A stretch of DNA of 64,000 nucleotides from a bacterium (GTDB lineage Bacteria > CLD3 > SB21), in the NCBI GenBank assembly GCA_013360215.1, contig JABWCP010000003.1, positions 124,001 to 188,000 on the forward strand, given 5' to 3'. Below the pieces are notes generated by a model, which worked only from the letters and a program-made list of their open reading frames with translations, was not told where the DNA came from and did no database searches. Made by a program: the position numbers and the translations under genes. This document shows, piece by piece, positions 1 to 9,226 of this stretch (positions are counted from its first letter, which is position 1; every line of letters begins with the position of its first letter).

Positions 1-1
1 T

Positions 2-298
2 ATCTATTCCCTAAGGCCGGGCCGTTTCCGATACAAAGCCCCCGCGATCTTCAAGCCGGAGTCAAGCCGCATCAGTCATACCATTCGTCAAAATTTCGCC
101 GATCACATTCGCGCACAGATGCAGTCGTTACAGGCATGGCGTTCGTACGACATCAATCGCCTCAAAATGACGTCACCCGCCAATGCGATGGTGCGTATCA
201 GTCTCGGTGAAGCGCTGGATGTGATGATCACCCATACCGAACGCCACATGGCGCAGGTGGATCGCATCCTGCAGCATCCCCAGTTTCCGACATCATGA
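2..298 (+). CDS. DinB-family protein, 3' part (truncated by window start)
   Basis: Open frame from nt 2 ending ...DINRLKMTSPANAMVRISLGEALDVMITHTERHMAQVDRILQHPQFPTS*; the H-x2-RH-x2-Q pattern is typical of DinB/YfiT metal-binding helical bundles. Not in the ORF track because it has no start. Confidence 0.65.
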   Translation: MYSLRPGRFRYKAPAIFKPESSRISHTIRQNFADHIRAQMQSLQAWRSYDINRLKMTSPANAMVRISLGEALDVMITHTERHMAQVDRILQHPQFPTS

Positions 299-368
299 AA
301 TTTGGATTTACGTGCGGCTGCGCGATAGCGGGATTGATTGAGTGGGAGTGTGCGATTTGGATTTTTGT

Positions 369-1835
369 CTATGCTTTGGTGCTTTTCCCGTTTAGCCCAT
401 CCACAACTTCTTTGAAACTCTCCAGCGCGGCTTCGACGTTCTCCACTATTTCCATCGCGAGAATATCCGGGTCGGGAAGATTTTCCAGGTCGCCGAGGTT
501 GTCGTCCTTGAGCCAGAATATGTCGAGGCTGGTCTTGTCACGCGCAATGATCTCGTCGTAGGTAAATTTCTTGAAGCGTTCCGTCTCTTTACGTTTCTGG
601 CGATTGGGCGGATTATAACATTTGATGAAGTCCTGCAAGTGCTCGTACTTCATCGGATCGGTCTTGAGCGTGAAATGCTGATTCGTCCGCAGATCGTATA
701 TCCAGACTTCCTTCGTCCATGGCGTTTTCGAGGCCTGGCGATTATCAAAGAATATCACATTGGCCTTAACGCCTTGCGCGTAGAAAAGGCCCGTGGGCAG
801 TCTCAGGATCGTATGCAGATCGGTCATGTCCAAGAGGCGCTTGCGAACGGTCTCTCCCGCGCCGCCTTCAAAGAGAACATTATCCGGCACGACCACCGCC
901 GCTTCGCCGTCGATCTTGAGCATGGCGCGGATATGCTGAACGAAGTTCAGTTGTTTATTGCTCGTCGTGGCCCAGAAATCCTGGCGATTGTACGTCAGCA
1001 TTTCTTTTTCCTGCTCGCCTTCTTCGTTCGTGATCGTGATACTGCTTTTCTTGCCGAAGGGCGGATTGGCAAAGACATAGTGGTACGTATCCTTCGGCGG
1101 AGAGATCAGAGAATCATTCCTATCAATGGGCGGCTCGCTATTCAGGTCGCCGATATTGTGCAGAAACAAATTCATCAGGCACAGCCGCGCCGCATTCGGC
1201 ACGATCTCCCAGCCGCGAAACGCTTTGTATTTCAGGAACTCGCGCTGGCCTTTATTCAGATCCTGCTTGGTGAGATAGTCATAACAGGCGAGAAAAAATC
1301 CGCCGGTGCCGCAGGCGGGATCGGCAATGGTCTTATTCGGTTCGGGCTGAACGCATTCCACCATCGCGCGGATCAGCGCGCGCGGGGTAAAATACTGCCC
1401 CGCCCCGCTTTTCGTGTCTTCGGCGTTCTTCTCCAGCAGGCCTTCGTAAATGTCACCTTTCACATCCGCGCCGAGAATGACCCAATTCTCTTCGTCGATC
1501 ATCCTGATCAACTTGAAAAGCTTCGCCGGGTCCTGGATCTTATTCTGCGACTTAAAGAATATCTGCCCGATCATGCCTTTTTCTTTCGACAATTCGCGAA
1601 GCATCTTCACGTAGTGTTTTTCCAGCGCATCGCCGGACTTATCTCGCAGGGTCGGCCACGCAAAGTCTTTCGGAATGTCCGTTTTCCGGCTGTACGGCGG
1701 CTTGGAGTATTCGTCCGCCATTTTCAGGAATAGCAGATAGGTCAACTGCTCCAGATAGTCTCCGTAACCCACGCCGTCATCGCGGAGCGTATTACAGAAA
1801 GACCAGATTTTTGAAACGAGTGCGTTGGTGGTCAT
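369..1835 (-). CDS. hsdM: Type I R-M methyltransferase subunit
   Basis: GAGQYFTPR, motif I DPACGTGGF, motif IV NPPF, N-terminal YLEQLTYLLFLKM. Confidence 0.97.
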   Translation of the reverse strand: MTTNALVSKIWSFCNTLRDDGVGYGDYLEQLTYLLFLKMADEYSKPPYSRKTDIPKDFAWPTLRDKSGDALEKHYVKMLRELSKEKGMIGQIFFKSQNKIQDPAKLFKLIRMIDEENWVILGADVKGDIYEGLLEKNAEDTKSGAGQYFTPRALIRAMVECVQPEPNKTIADPACGTGGFFLACYDYLTKQDLNKGQREFLKYKAFRGWEIVPNAARLCLMNLFLHNIGDLNSEPPIDRNDSLISPPKDTYHYVFANPPFGKKSSITITNEEGEQEKEMLTYNRQDFWATTSNKQLNFVQHIRAMLKIDGEAAVVVPDNVLFEGGAGETVRKRLLDMTDLHTILRLPTGLFYAQGVKANVIFFDNRQASKTPWTKEVWIYDLRTNQHFTLKTDPMKYEHLQDFIKCYNPPNRQKRKETERFKKFTYDEIIARDKTSLDIFWLKDDNLGDLENLPDPDILAMEIVENVEAALESFKEVVDGLNGKSTKA

Positions 1836-1872
1836 TCAGCTCCAATCAATACGTTTTGTTTTTGAATTGCAG

Positions 1873-2769
1873 TCATCTCCATCGCCATTCCTGCGGAATC
1901 CATTCTGTGACAGTGTTCGCTATCAGTGCCGGCTCAATAAAAGCTTGAATGGATTTTACGACCTGTGAAAAATCGGCGGTTTCCTTAAGATGATTTGAAT
2001 GAATAAATGCTTTCCACATTTCTTGCTTTTCTTTACGTTCATAAAACTCTGAATTCCAAATAGCTTTACGTTGTTCGATGCTGGTTTCTCGCTTTTGAAA
2101 TGTTGATTGGATCGCATGGTTTAGAATCTCTTTTGAATAACTTTTCTGAAGAGCTAAAAAACGCACGTCAAAAAAGTCCTTAATGCGGCTGTTGATTTCC
2201 GCGAGACTTACCATAGCTTCAAATTTCTCGGCAATGGCTGATTCCAACGAATACACAAAAATCCTCGGACAATCGTGATCCAGTATGACCGGATAATCAA
2301 GTTCGTAAGGATGCGGAATAACGACATCGTCAAAACCGACGTCAATTTGCAATATATCCTTCACGGTGCCCATTCGCACCGGCAACTTTGCTCTGACGTC
2401 GGAATAGCGGTCGCCTTCCGTTATTTTTTCTATCTGGATCTGATCCGGTAAAAATGTCAAGCCGTCTGCGCTGTCGATCAGGGCAATGTCGTTAATAATC
2501 GGCCGGAGCTTTTCAGGTTCATGACTAATCCCGTCAGCAAGAAAGTCCACGTCTTTGGTTACCCGGGACATTGGCATCCGGTGAGCAACAAGCATCATGG
2601 CTCCCTTGAGGATAAGGCTATTCCTGTGTTTTGACTTGCTTAGACGATAGAGAAAACGTTCCTGCACGTAACGTCGTAACAGGGTCATCGGCTCGATTTG
2701 CTGCTGTTTTGCCATCGCAGCCAGTCTGGCCCATACGGAGGCCGGCATGTTTTTGATTTCTTTTTTCAT
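1873..2769 (-). CDS. AbiEii/AbiGii-family nucleotidyltransferase toxin (type IV TA)
   Basis: ERFLYRLS, LILKGA, R-x-T-x-D-x-D, AEKFEA and NSRIKDFFD motifs; 4-nt overlap with the upstream antitoxin. Confidence 0.92.
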   Translation of the reverse strand: MKKEIKNMPASVWARLAAMAKQQQIEPMTLLRRYVQERFLYRLSKSKHRNSLILKGAMMLVAHRMPMSRVTKDVDFLADGISHEPEKLRPIINDIALIDSADGLTFLPDQIQIEKITEGDRYSDVRAKLPVRMGTVKDILQIDVGFDDVVIPHPYELDYPVILDHDCPRIFVYSLESAIAEKFEAMVSLAEINSRIKDFFDVRFLALQKSYSKEILNHAIQSTFQKRETSIEQRKAIWNSEFYERKEKQEMWKAFIHSNHLKETADFSQVVKSIQAFIEPALIANTVTEWIPQEWRWR

Positions 2770-3359
2770 CCTATCAGCCCTTTGAGAATGGGGCTAATGA
2801 TCTTTTCAACTTTACACCGTCTTGCAAAAGTCATCAGTTTATTCAGATCGCGGGACCGCCGTGATGCATACGTGCGCAGGGCCTCAATGGCAATGGATTC
2901 GCCGAGTTTTCTGCGGTAACGAAAAAGATCGCAAATAGTTTTTTCAGGAGTATAAATGCGAAAACGGCCGCGCGGGGTTTTGACCGACACCATACCGGTC
3001 TTATAATAGGTCTCCGGAAAATAGAATATTCTGACGGGCGGATAGTCCAGTCTGATTTTCGATTTGTTCTGAGGTACGGCTATGAATATTTCCGAAGGAT
3101 TCGCTGTGGTCAGCTCATGATATACCGCCGCAGACGTGAGTGCAATGATCGCCGACGGAATGGCCCAGTGTATGACGTAGTAACTGGAATGGGCATCCGG
3201 TTTTTTTTCCGGCAGACGATACAGGCCTGGTTTTATTTTCTCGATGATCCCGTCCTGAACGGCGCGGGAAACGGTTCGGGGATGAATTCCCGCGTCCTTG
3301 AGCGATTTCATACGTATGAACCCGCCGTTTTTTTTCACTATAACTTCAATATTTGTCAT
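2766..3359 (-). CDS. AbiEi-family antitoxin (type IV TA)
   Basis: N-terminal wHTH (IEKIKPGLY), SAAVYHELT, YTPEKTICDLFR; ATG at 3359 preferred over TTG at 3371. Confidence 0.9.
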   Translation of the reverse strand: MTNIEVIVKKNGGFIRMKSLKDAGIHPRTVSRAVQDGIIEKIKPGLYRLPEKKPDAHSSYYVIHWAIPSAIIALTSAAVYHELTTANPSEIFIAVPQNKSKIRLDYPPVRIFYFPETYYKTGMVSVKTPRGRFRIYTPEKTICDLFRYRRKLGESIAIEALRTYASRRSRDLNKLMTFARRCKVEKIISPILKGLIG

Positions 3360-3454
3360 ATGTAAATCCAATTATATGGTTCTAATTCAATGTCAATATA
3401 ATAAAATAACATTGAAAAAGAACCAAATAAATTGTTTGACAAAATCCCGACCTT

Positions 3455-3579
3455 ACGCCGTCATCACGGAGCGTATTACAGAAAGACCCGGTGAGCCCCG
3501 CCCTCATCGTGAGCGAGGTCGAACGAGGAGGCGGGATAAACTCCGTCGAACCGTTTGAAACGAGTGCGTTGGTGGTCAT
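3455..3579 (-). repeat. Dead copy A of the hsdM 5' end with a 65-bp nested palindrome inserted
   Basis: Matches 1771-1835 (MTTNALVS...SFCNTLRDDGV) with 5 bp replaced by 65 bp (3489-3553); its ATG overlaps the rloB-like stop (TGATG). Confidence 0.95.
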
Positions 3580-4181
3580 CAGTTATATTTGTTAAGCTCA
3601 TCAACAAGCTTGTGAACCGTGCTGACAGATTCTGTGTGTTGTTTACCGTTTTCTTTTCCATTATAAATCTTCGTCGCACGGACAATTGCTTTGTCCTGAG
3701 TGGAAATCAATTCGCTATACATCTTTTGTAATGTTTTTTCGGTCTTGTCGTATGGAAATGGAAGGTTTCTATCCAAAATGCCCTTATATTGACTTCGATC
3801 CATGGGATTTCCATTGTGGTCGTGAAAATGCAGCAAAAACCAATAGTCAAACGCTTGATTTGAATATGCAACCTTACAACCCTCTTCTTCCGCTTTTCTA
3901 ATGGATTTTTGAAAATCTCCTTCATCGGTTTCATCTCTATCGAATACTAGCCACGTCTGATCAAACTTGATTTCTTTTTTCTTCTGAATTCTATTCTTTG
4001 TTTTAATCGCATTCGTTACAAAAGTCATAGAATTACCAACTTCTCCCTGCTCAACTGATGCGTGGGCTCGAAATGAAGAGAAATAGTAATATTCGGTTTC
4101 TCCTTCGCAAATAATCAGCATGGTTGGCCGATAGAACTTTTGGTTGAGAGGTCTCTTAAAATGATGCTTCTTCTTACTCAT
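3579..4181 (-). CDS. RloB-like (AbiLii-like) TOPRIM-type protein
   Basis: IICEGETEYYYF, WLVFDRD, AYSNQAFDYWFLLHF, STVHKLV. Confidence 0.88.
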   Translation of the reverse strand: MSKKKHHFKRPLNQKFYRPTMLIICEGETEYYYFSSFRAHASVEQGEVGNSMTFVTNAIKTKNRIQKKKEIKFDQTWLVFDRDETDEGDFQKSIRKAEEEGCKVAYSNQAFDYWFLLHFHDHNGNPMDRSQYKGILDRNLPFPYDKTEKTLQKMYSELISTQDKAIVRATKIYNGKENGKQHTESVSTVHKLVDELNKYN

Positions 4182-5470
4182 TCAGACTCCAGCATGGCAT
4201 CAAACTGATTCAGGTAAGGAATTCCTCCGAATTTTCCCATGAGGTAGTTTTTTTCCAGTGCCAAATCATTTCGCGGTTTTTTCCCTTTCTTGAAATCACT
4301 CAAGCTGTACAACTCTGTAGAGCCGTCTTTTTTCTTCTCAGTAAACCATATCTGGTCGCGACGAAAAACATGAGCGCTCAGTAAATTGGTGTCGTGAGTA
4401 GCGAATATCAATTGCGCATTACCGGTATTCGTCTTAGGGCTGTGAAACAGTTCAATTATTCTCTCCGTGAGTAAGGGATGCAATTTGGTGTCTAATTCAT
4501 CAATAATGAACACATTTCCGTTCTTAAGAGCATTTAGTATCGGGCCAGACAAGTGAAAAAATTTCTTTGTTCCTTCCGATTCTTGTTGTTCCAGATTAAA
4601 TACTGCCGGCTGGGTCGCTTCACCCTTTGCATTCATCACCTTTCTTAGTGACACGGCAAAAGGTAATTTACTCTTAGCCGGGTCTACATTGGCTTCCGAG
4701 CTTCCCGTTTTCAAATCAAACTTAATATTGAACCCTTGGCCTTCCTGTTCACGTATTTCAAAATCTTCAATTCCGAAGTCTGCAATTTTCAAAAGTTCGA
4801 GAATAGAATTTTTCTTTTCCTGTATTTGGCATTCCTCAAGAGTAAAACCGAGATAAAGAGAATCGTAAATTCCAGAAACGACATGGAACTGTTTTAACCA
4901 ACTGTGCACTTCATTAGCCATCGGATCATTCAGAATCGTTGCTTTAGCGAGAAACAGTGCATTCGAAGCGACAATATTTTGTTCCTGAACTAATTTCAAA
5001 ATTTTGTGTTTTGCCCCAATATCGTACTGATTGCCATCACGTACAAAAACTTTAGTTTCGCGATCTTTGGTCAGGTAGAGCCATTCCTTCTTAACTTCCT
5101 GAGGGGTCACTTCAAAACCGTAACGATAAAAATGATCTTGCCAATGAAATATCATTTCCATCATGGTCGGCTCATTTACTGTTTCAGTGTTAAGCGCGAA
5201 GGACGCAATTGGAATCGGTATTCCGGCCGGGGATTGAATAGACTGGGTGAATACATACCAAAAAGACGCGAGAGCTTTTATGAGATTGCTTTTACCTGAG
5301 GCGTTGGCTCCATAAATGACAGCGGACTTGAGGAATTTTTGATCCTCTTTGGCGATGACATTCCTGTCTGCGTCGAGCAATTTTTCTTTTAAGCCGGACT
5401 GAACGACCATGCTGAGAGTTTGCTCGTCTCGTAAAGACAGGAAATTCTTTACTTTAAATTGAACGATCAT
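4178..5470 (-). CDS. AAA_21/RloA-like (AbiLi-like) ABC-type ATPase
   Basis: Walker A GANASGKS, signature ESEGTK, Walker B IDELDTKLHP, QLIFATH, RRDQIWF, YLMGKFGGIP. Confidence 0.9.
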   Translation of the reverse strand: MIVQFKVKNFLSLRDEQTLSMVVQSGLKEKLLDADRNVIAKEDQKFLKSAVIYGANASGKSNLIKALASFWYVFTQSIQSPAGIPIPIASFALNTETVNEPTMMEMIFHWQDHFYRYGFEVTPQEVKKEWLYLTKDRETKVFVRDGNQYDIGAKHKILKLVQEQNIVASNALFLAKATILNDPMANEVHSWLKQFHVVSGIYDSLYLGFTLEECQIQEKKNSILELLKIADFGIEDFEIREQEGQGFNIKFDLKTGSSEANVDPAKSKLPFAVSLRKVMNAKGEATQPAVFNLEQQESEGTKKFFHLSGPILNALKNGNVFIIDELDTKLHPLLTERIIELFHSPKTNTGNAQLIFATHDTNLLSAHVFRRDQIWFTEKKKDGSTELYSLSDFKKGKKPRNDLALEKNYLMGKFGGIPYLNQFDAMLESE

Positions 5471-5490
5471 GAGGTTTTTGCGGGTTTTTA

Positions 5491-5575
5491 TTGTGTGGTA
5501 TTTTCACACAAAAATACTATAATAATACTGGATTGTCAATATTAAATAATGATATTTGTGATTTTTTCACAAATA
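5491..5575 (-). promoter_or_regulatory. Sigma70-type promoter and two palindromic operators upstream of the RloA-like gene
   Basis: Minus strand TTGACA (5534-5539)-17 bp-TATTTT; inverted repeats TTGTGTG/CACACAA (5491-5511) and TATTTGTGA/TCACAAATA (5553-5575). Confidence 0.5.
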
Positions 5576-5623
5576 CACACTTTATAAACACAAATCAGTC
5601 ACTCTAAGCTTTCTTCGAAAGAT

Positions 5624-5744
5624 CGTCATCACGGAGCGTATTACAGAAAGACCCGGTGAGCACCGCCCTCATCGTGAGCGAGGTCGAACGAGGAGGCGGG
5701 ATAAACTCCGTCGAACCGTTTGAAACAAGTGCGTTGGTGGTCAT
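5624..5744 (-). repeat. Dead copy B of the hsdM 5' end with the same nested palindrome
   Basis: 121 bp identical to 3459-3579 except 2 nt; reads as a 46-aa mini-ORF ending at TAG 5604-5606. Confidence 0.95.
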
Positions 5745-5844
5745 AGAATTTAGAGGTGCTTCACGGTCGCAAGTTTGTACTATGCAAACGAGGCATTGAT
5801 TGTTGTGGACTCACTTTTTCTGATTCCTGAGAGAGTATCGCGGG

Positions 5845-6306
5845 TCATTGTTGCTTGACCACTAACCGCTCCTCAATCTTCTGAAGTAACTCATCCGGGT
5901 TGACAATAGGCAGATACGCGTTTTGAAGCGGTGTACCACGAAATCTTTCGATCATAATCCCTCGAGTAGTGGAATATGTAAGATTAATAGCCAAGATGAA
6001 CAATTCCCTGGGAATTCCTCCAAGTTCTTTGAATTTCTGAAATGCCTCTGGTCCTATTTTGAAAACTCCTTGCGTGACAAGAGCTCCAAGATTTTGCGTA
6101 TTGGATGCCCGCAATATCTTTATGTCCAGATGAGTTTCTATTGCCTCATTTTCTGGCACAACACGAATTCCAATTGCATGATTGAAATTAATTTGCTCGT
6201 TAGGCTGGATGTCTTCAGGCATCTGCTCTTGAACAAATTGTTTGATAGTAAACTTTTCAAGTTTGATCTGAATTGGTATTTGGCTAACAGGGTTGTTCGG
6301 TTCCAT
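5845..6306 (-). CDS. SecB-like chaperone of a toxin-antitoxin-chaperone (TAC) module
   Basis: About 150 aa, beta-rich N-terminal half then AINLTYSTTRG...YLPIVNP, a SecB-like C-terminal pattern; third gene after toxin and antitoxin; ATG at 6306. Confidence 0.7.
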   Translation of the reverse strand: MEPNNPVSQIPIQIKLEKFTIKQFVQEQMPEDIQPNEQINFNHAIGIRVVPENEAIETHLDIKILRASNTQNLGALVTQGVFKIGPEAFQKFKELGGIPRELFILAINLTYSTTRGIMIERFRGTPLQNAYLPIVNPDELLQKIEERLVVKQQ

Positions 6307-6784
6307 GCGTTGTCGCCTTGTTTGTTGTGACAAAATCTATAGAGCCCTGAACTGGATTAGAGAAAGGAATCGGATAATTCAAATAACCGAGTTCATCCGT
6401 TCTAGCGTTGCCAATCAAATTTGTAAACGGGTAGCGAATAATATTACCTGTCACTATACGTTGTGTATAGAACTCTTGCGTTTTTTGTGCAGAATGATTT
6501 TCACTGTCCAAAATGATCTCCGGCTGTATCTCAAAAACACTCGCGATCTGAGCAATCTTCTTTATTGTCAGATTTTCTTCACCCCGCAATAGCTTAGTAA
6601 TATATGCAACCGAGCAACCAAGTTTTCGAGCAAGAACCGACCGCGACCATTTTTTCTTCACCAGTTGGTTAGACAATTCTTCTGTAAGTTTGATCATGAT
6701 TGATGTAGCGATATATTCAGGATCGCTTTCTCTCAATCTAGTCCATTGGTCAAGAGAGGTAATTTTTTCTGGTTTACCCTTCAT
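6284..6784 (-). CDS. HigA-like XRE HTH antitoxin with C-terminal extension (putative ChAD)
   Basis: SRSVLARKLGCSVAYITKLLRGEENLTIKKIAQIA HTH followed by a roughly 70-aa aromatic/Pro-containing tail. Confidence 0.85.
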   Translation of the reverse strand: MKGKPEKITSLDQWTRLRESDPEYIATSIMIKLTEELSNQLVKKKWSRSVLARKLGCSVAYITKLLRGEENLTIKKIAQIASVFEIQPEIILDSENHSAQKTQEFYTQRIVTGNIIRYPFTNLIGNARTDELGYLNYPIPFSNPVQGSIDFVTTNKATTHGTEQPC

Positions 6785-6786
6785 CT

Positions 6787-7161
6787 TTAACCCTCCGTAT
6801 TAATTGTGTTTCGGATTGACTTTGCTTTCTTTATCTCTTTTGGTGGTGTTTTTTGTGATTGCTTTCGAAAATAATGGGTTGTTGCAACGCACTTTTTCGG
6901 ATTTCCGTCAAGGAAGAAGCAAAGAACTCTGTAGTTCTTTGGTTTAAATTCCCAGATTCCGTCTTGAAGATGTTTGAATTGCTGATTGTTCGTAATTTGT
7001 CCCTGTTGCCCTAAAAGCCTAAATAATCGATCAAGTGTATCCTGCGCTGACGTTGGGATCTTCTTGTTGTTGAAATACTCAGTAAGGCAGCCATCTTTGC
7101 CGGCGACATAGTATTCATAAATATCGGCCTGTCCGCCATTATGGAATTTTCGAAGTGGCAC
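6787..7161 (-). CDS. RelE/HigB (Gp49-like) toxin
   Basis: FKHLQDGIWEFK, YRVLCFF, THYFRKQSQKTPPKEI; toxin-first gene order. Confidence 0.88.
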   Translation of the reverse strand: MPLRKFHNGGQADIYEYYVAGKDGCLTEYFNNKKIPTSAQDTLDRLFRLLGQQGQITNNQQFKHLQDGIWEFKPKNYRVLCFFLDGNPKKCVATTHYFRKQSQKTPPKEIKKAKSIRNTINTEG

Positions 7162-7162
7162 T

Positions 7163-7191
7163 AATTTAACCTATAAGTTAAACGTTGTCAA
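7163..7191 (-). promoter_or_regulatory. TA promoter with palindromic operator
   Basis: Minus strand TTGACA (7186-7191)-17 bp-TAAATT, with a TTTAAC-N6-GTTAAA palindrome at 7165-7182 between the boxes and overlapping the -10. Confidence 0.6.
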
Positions 7192-7343
7192 GAAGAATTT
7201 TGTTCCTGCGAACTAAATTTAACGATATCTAAATATAATTAATTTAATATCTTATATAAATATAATCTGTGTTGAAGAAGATCAAACTCGAATAAACCTC
7301 CACTAAAACACCATCTTCAGGGTACGTTGCGATCATAGCCATC

Positions 7344-7985
7344 TCACATATTTAACCCTGCTATTGCACGTGTTACCCGTTCTTTATACTCGCGCCAATT
7401 AATCAAGTGGTAGTTCTTCTTCAGGTTTGGGTTCTTACCACGATAGAGAGGTATTAAAGGTCTGTCTAATACATTTTTTGTGGGTGGAATAGGAATTTCA
7501 CGTCGGAGTTTATAATACTCAACCGCCTTGATCAACGAATCCGATCCATTGACCAATACCTCATGCAAATATTGTGACGTCAGTAGAACCGGAATATCCT
7601 TTGGAAACTGATCAAGCTCCCGCTTTAGCCTTTCCAGCCACCAGACTGCTGCCTTTCTCCAAAAAGTTAGATTTGCCGAAGTTTCCTTTGAAAAATAATT
7701 CCGACATATGTTTTGGGTATAGACCGAATCCCAATCCAACCCGACTTCATTCAGGTTGGTCTTATGAAATTTCTTAAATGAGTTAAACTTAGAGTGCTCA
7801 TGACCTATCATGAAAACATACTTCATATCATGAACATAATTATTACTCGGATCACAACCCAAATAAATTGCTCGAACTGTTTTCTTGTCTTTGCAATACG
7901 GTTTTGGAAACGGATAGTCGTAAATTCTGTCAGCGAATTTCGGAAATGTTCTTCGCAATTCTGCTACAATTTGACTGTCTATCAC
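7344..7985 (-). CDS. Hypothetical protein, possible uracil-DNA-glycosylase-like fold
   Basis: AIYLGCDPSN and VYTQNICR resemble UDG motif A (GxDP) and the following YxxN strand; overlaps the hsdS stop by 4 nt. Confidence 0.4.
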   Translation of the reverse strand: MIDSQIVAELRRTFPKFADRIYDYPFPKPYCKDKKTVRAIYLGCDPSNNYVHDMKYVFMIGHEHSKFNSFKKFHKTNLNEVGLDWDSVYTQNICRNYFSKETSANLTFWRKAAVWWLERLKRELDQFPKDIPVLLTSQYLHEVLVNGSDSLIKAVEYYKLRREIPIPPTKNVLDRPLIPLYRGKNPNLKKNYHLINWREYKERVTRAIAGLNM

Positions 7986-9226
7986 ACCAATCTCCCTTCA
8001 AACGCCTTCTTCAATATACTCTGCCGCGTCGCTTCAGCTTTTTCTATGCTTTGAATGATCGTCTTTTCCATATAGTCTGCTTCGGAAAGACGGGTTTCTA
8101 TTTCGGCTACAATCGACTTCTGCTCAGCTACTGTGGTCAACGGAAAAACAACCTCGTTCAATCTTTTGCCTGTTAAATGTTTGATCGTTGTCCCTGTGAA
8201 ATATTTTTTTAAAACACCGTTGTGAGCAGTTAGATACAAAAAATATAAAAAGTAGTCAGGAATTGCTCCTGATCCGAATCGAACTCTGTGCAGTGCTTTC
8301 TGAATTTTTATCGAAGATGATTTGTCCTTCCAAATAGCTGCACGTCCAGGTTCCCCTCCTTCACATACAACTAAATCGTTGTATTCAACTGAATATCTAA
8401 CATTTTCATCTTTCGTGAAGCGCATTTTTTCAAGATCAGTCAGATTGAATTCAAACCACCTGACACTGATATTCCGAAGATAGGGCTCAAATTCTCCTTT
8501 ATTTTTTTGTTTGTCTAACATCTTCCCAAGACATGTTTCTGCTACATCCCCCAGCTTCACCCACTTCCATCCCTCCGGCAATTGGCCGGGTTTGATATTC
8601 TTGTGTGTGAGGCGGCCTTCGAAGGCGTATTTGAGGACGGCTTGGCGGTAAGTCTTGAGCTGGGCCTGGGCTTTTTTCAGCGACTCCACCGCCTTATCCA
8701 GATCGCTGAATAATTCCTCGATCTTCGCGACGATGCGTTTTTGTTCGGGTAGAGGTGGAAGGGGAACAATTACTCGATTCACAAACCCAGTACTGATCCC
8801 ACCCTGAGCTGCACCTCTGAAATCTGAAAGGATTTGTCTCTTTCCTCTTTCACTCCACATATAAAGGAAGACAAATTTCGAATCAATTTCTTCAAAAACT
8901 TTACAACGAAAAACATGTTCATTGATGACGGCCTTTGAATGAGGAAAGTTTTCAGGAATATAACTGACTTTTCCGGTAGTCGCACCGTCCTTTACAACCA
9001 ATATATCATTCTTCTTAATCCAACCCTTGCTCATTGATCGAGCGAACTCTTTTGGCACAAACTTGATATTCTTAAAATTGAAACCGCCATCCGAAGCCAA
9101 ATGTTCCCCGCCAATGCTTGGTATTCCTGATTCAATTCCACCAACACCACCCTTTGGCCTCTTTCCACTTTCAAATTCCGCCAAAATGTCTTTCAGTGGA
9201 ACTTCTTTCCAATTGTTTTTATTCAC
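7982..9226 (-). CDS. hsdS: Type I R-M specificity subunit (two TRDs)
   Basis: PLPPLPEQKRIVAKIEELF...LKYAFEGRL central repeat, LPEGWKWVKLGDV, C-terminal EQKSIVAEIE...LKKAFEGRL. Confidence 0.96.
   Translation of the reverse strand: MNKNNWKEVPLKDILAEFESGKRPKGGVGGIESGIPSIGGEHLASDGGFNFKNIKFVPKEFARSMSKGWIKKNDILVVKDGATTGKVSYIPENFPHSKAVINEHVFRCKVFEEIDSKFVFLYMWSERGKRQILSDFRGAAQGGISTGFVNRVIVPLPPLPEQKRIVAKIEELFSDLDKAVESLKKAQAQLKTYRQAVLKYAFEGRLTHKNIKPGQLPEGWKWVKLGDVAETCLGKMLDKQKNKGEFEPYLRNISVRWFEFNLTDLEKMRFTKDENVRYSVEYNDLVVCEGGEPGRAAIWKDKSSSIKIQKALHRVRFGSGAIPDYFLYFLYLTAHNGVLKKYFTGTTIKHLTGKRLNEVVFPLTTVAEQKSIVAEIETRLSEADYMEKTIIQSIEKAEATRQSILKKAFEGRLV

Noticed and set aside
639-1733. 364-aa plus-strand ORF and similar long antisense ORFs (10958-11800, 31629-32339, 34934-35893)
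   Set aside because: Shadows of well-supported genes on the opposite strand in GC-rich coding DNA; no motifs.
3382-3579. 65-aa ORF as a real gene
   Set aside because: It is the dead hsdM start copy plus palindrome, running on into the AbiE upstream region.
7982-9226. hsdS shufflon or phase-variable TRD inversion
   Set aside because: Only one hsdS, with no silent TRD copies, inverted repeats or recombinase seen.
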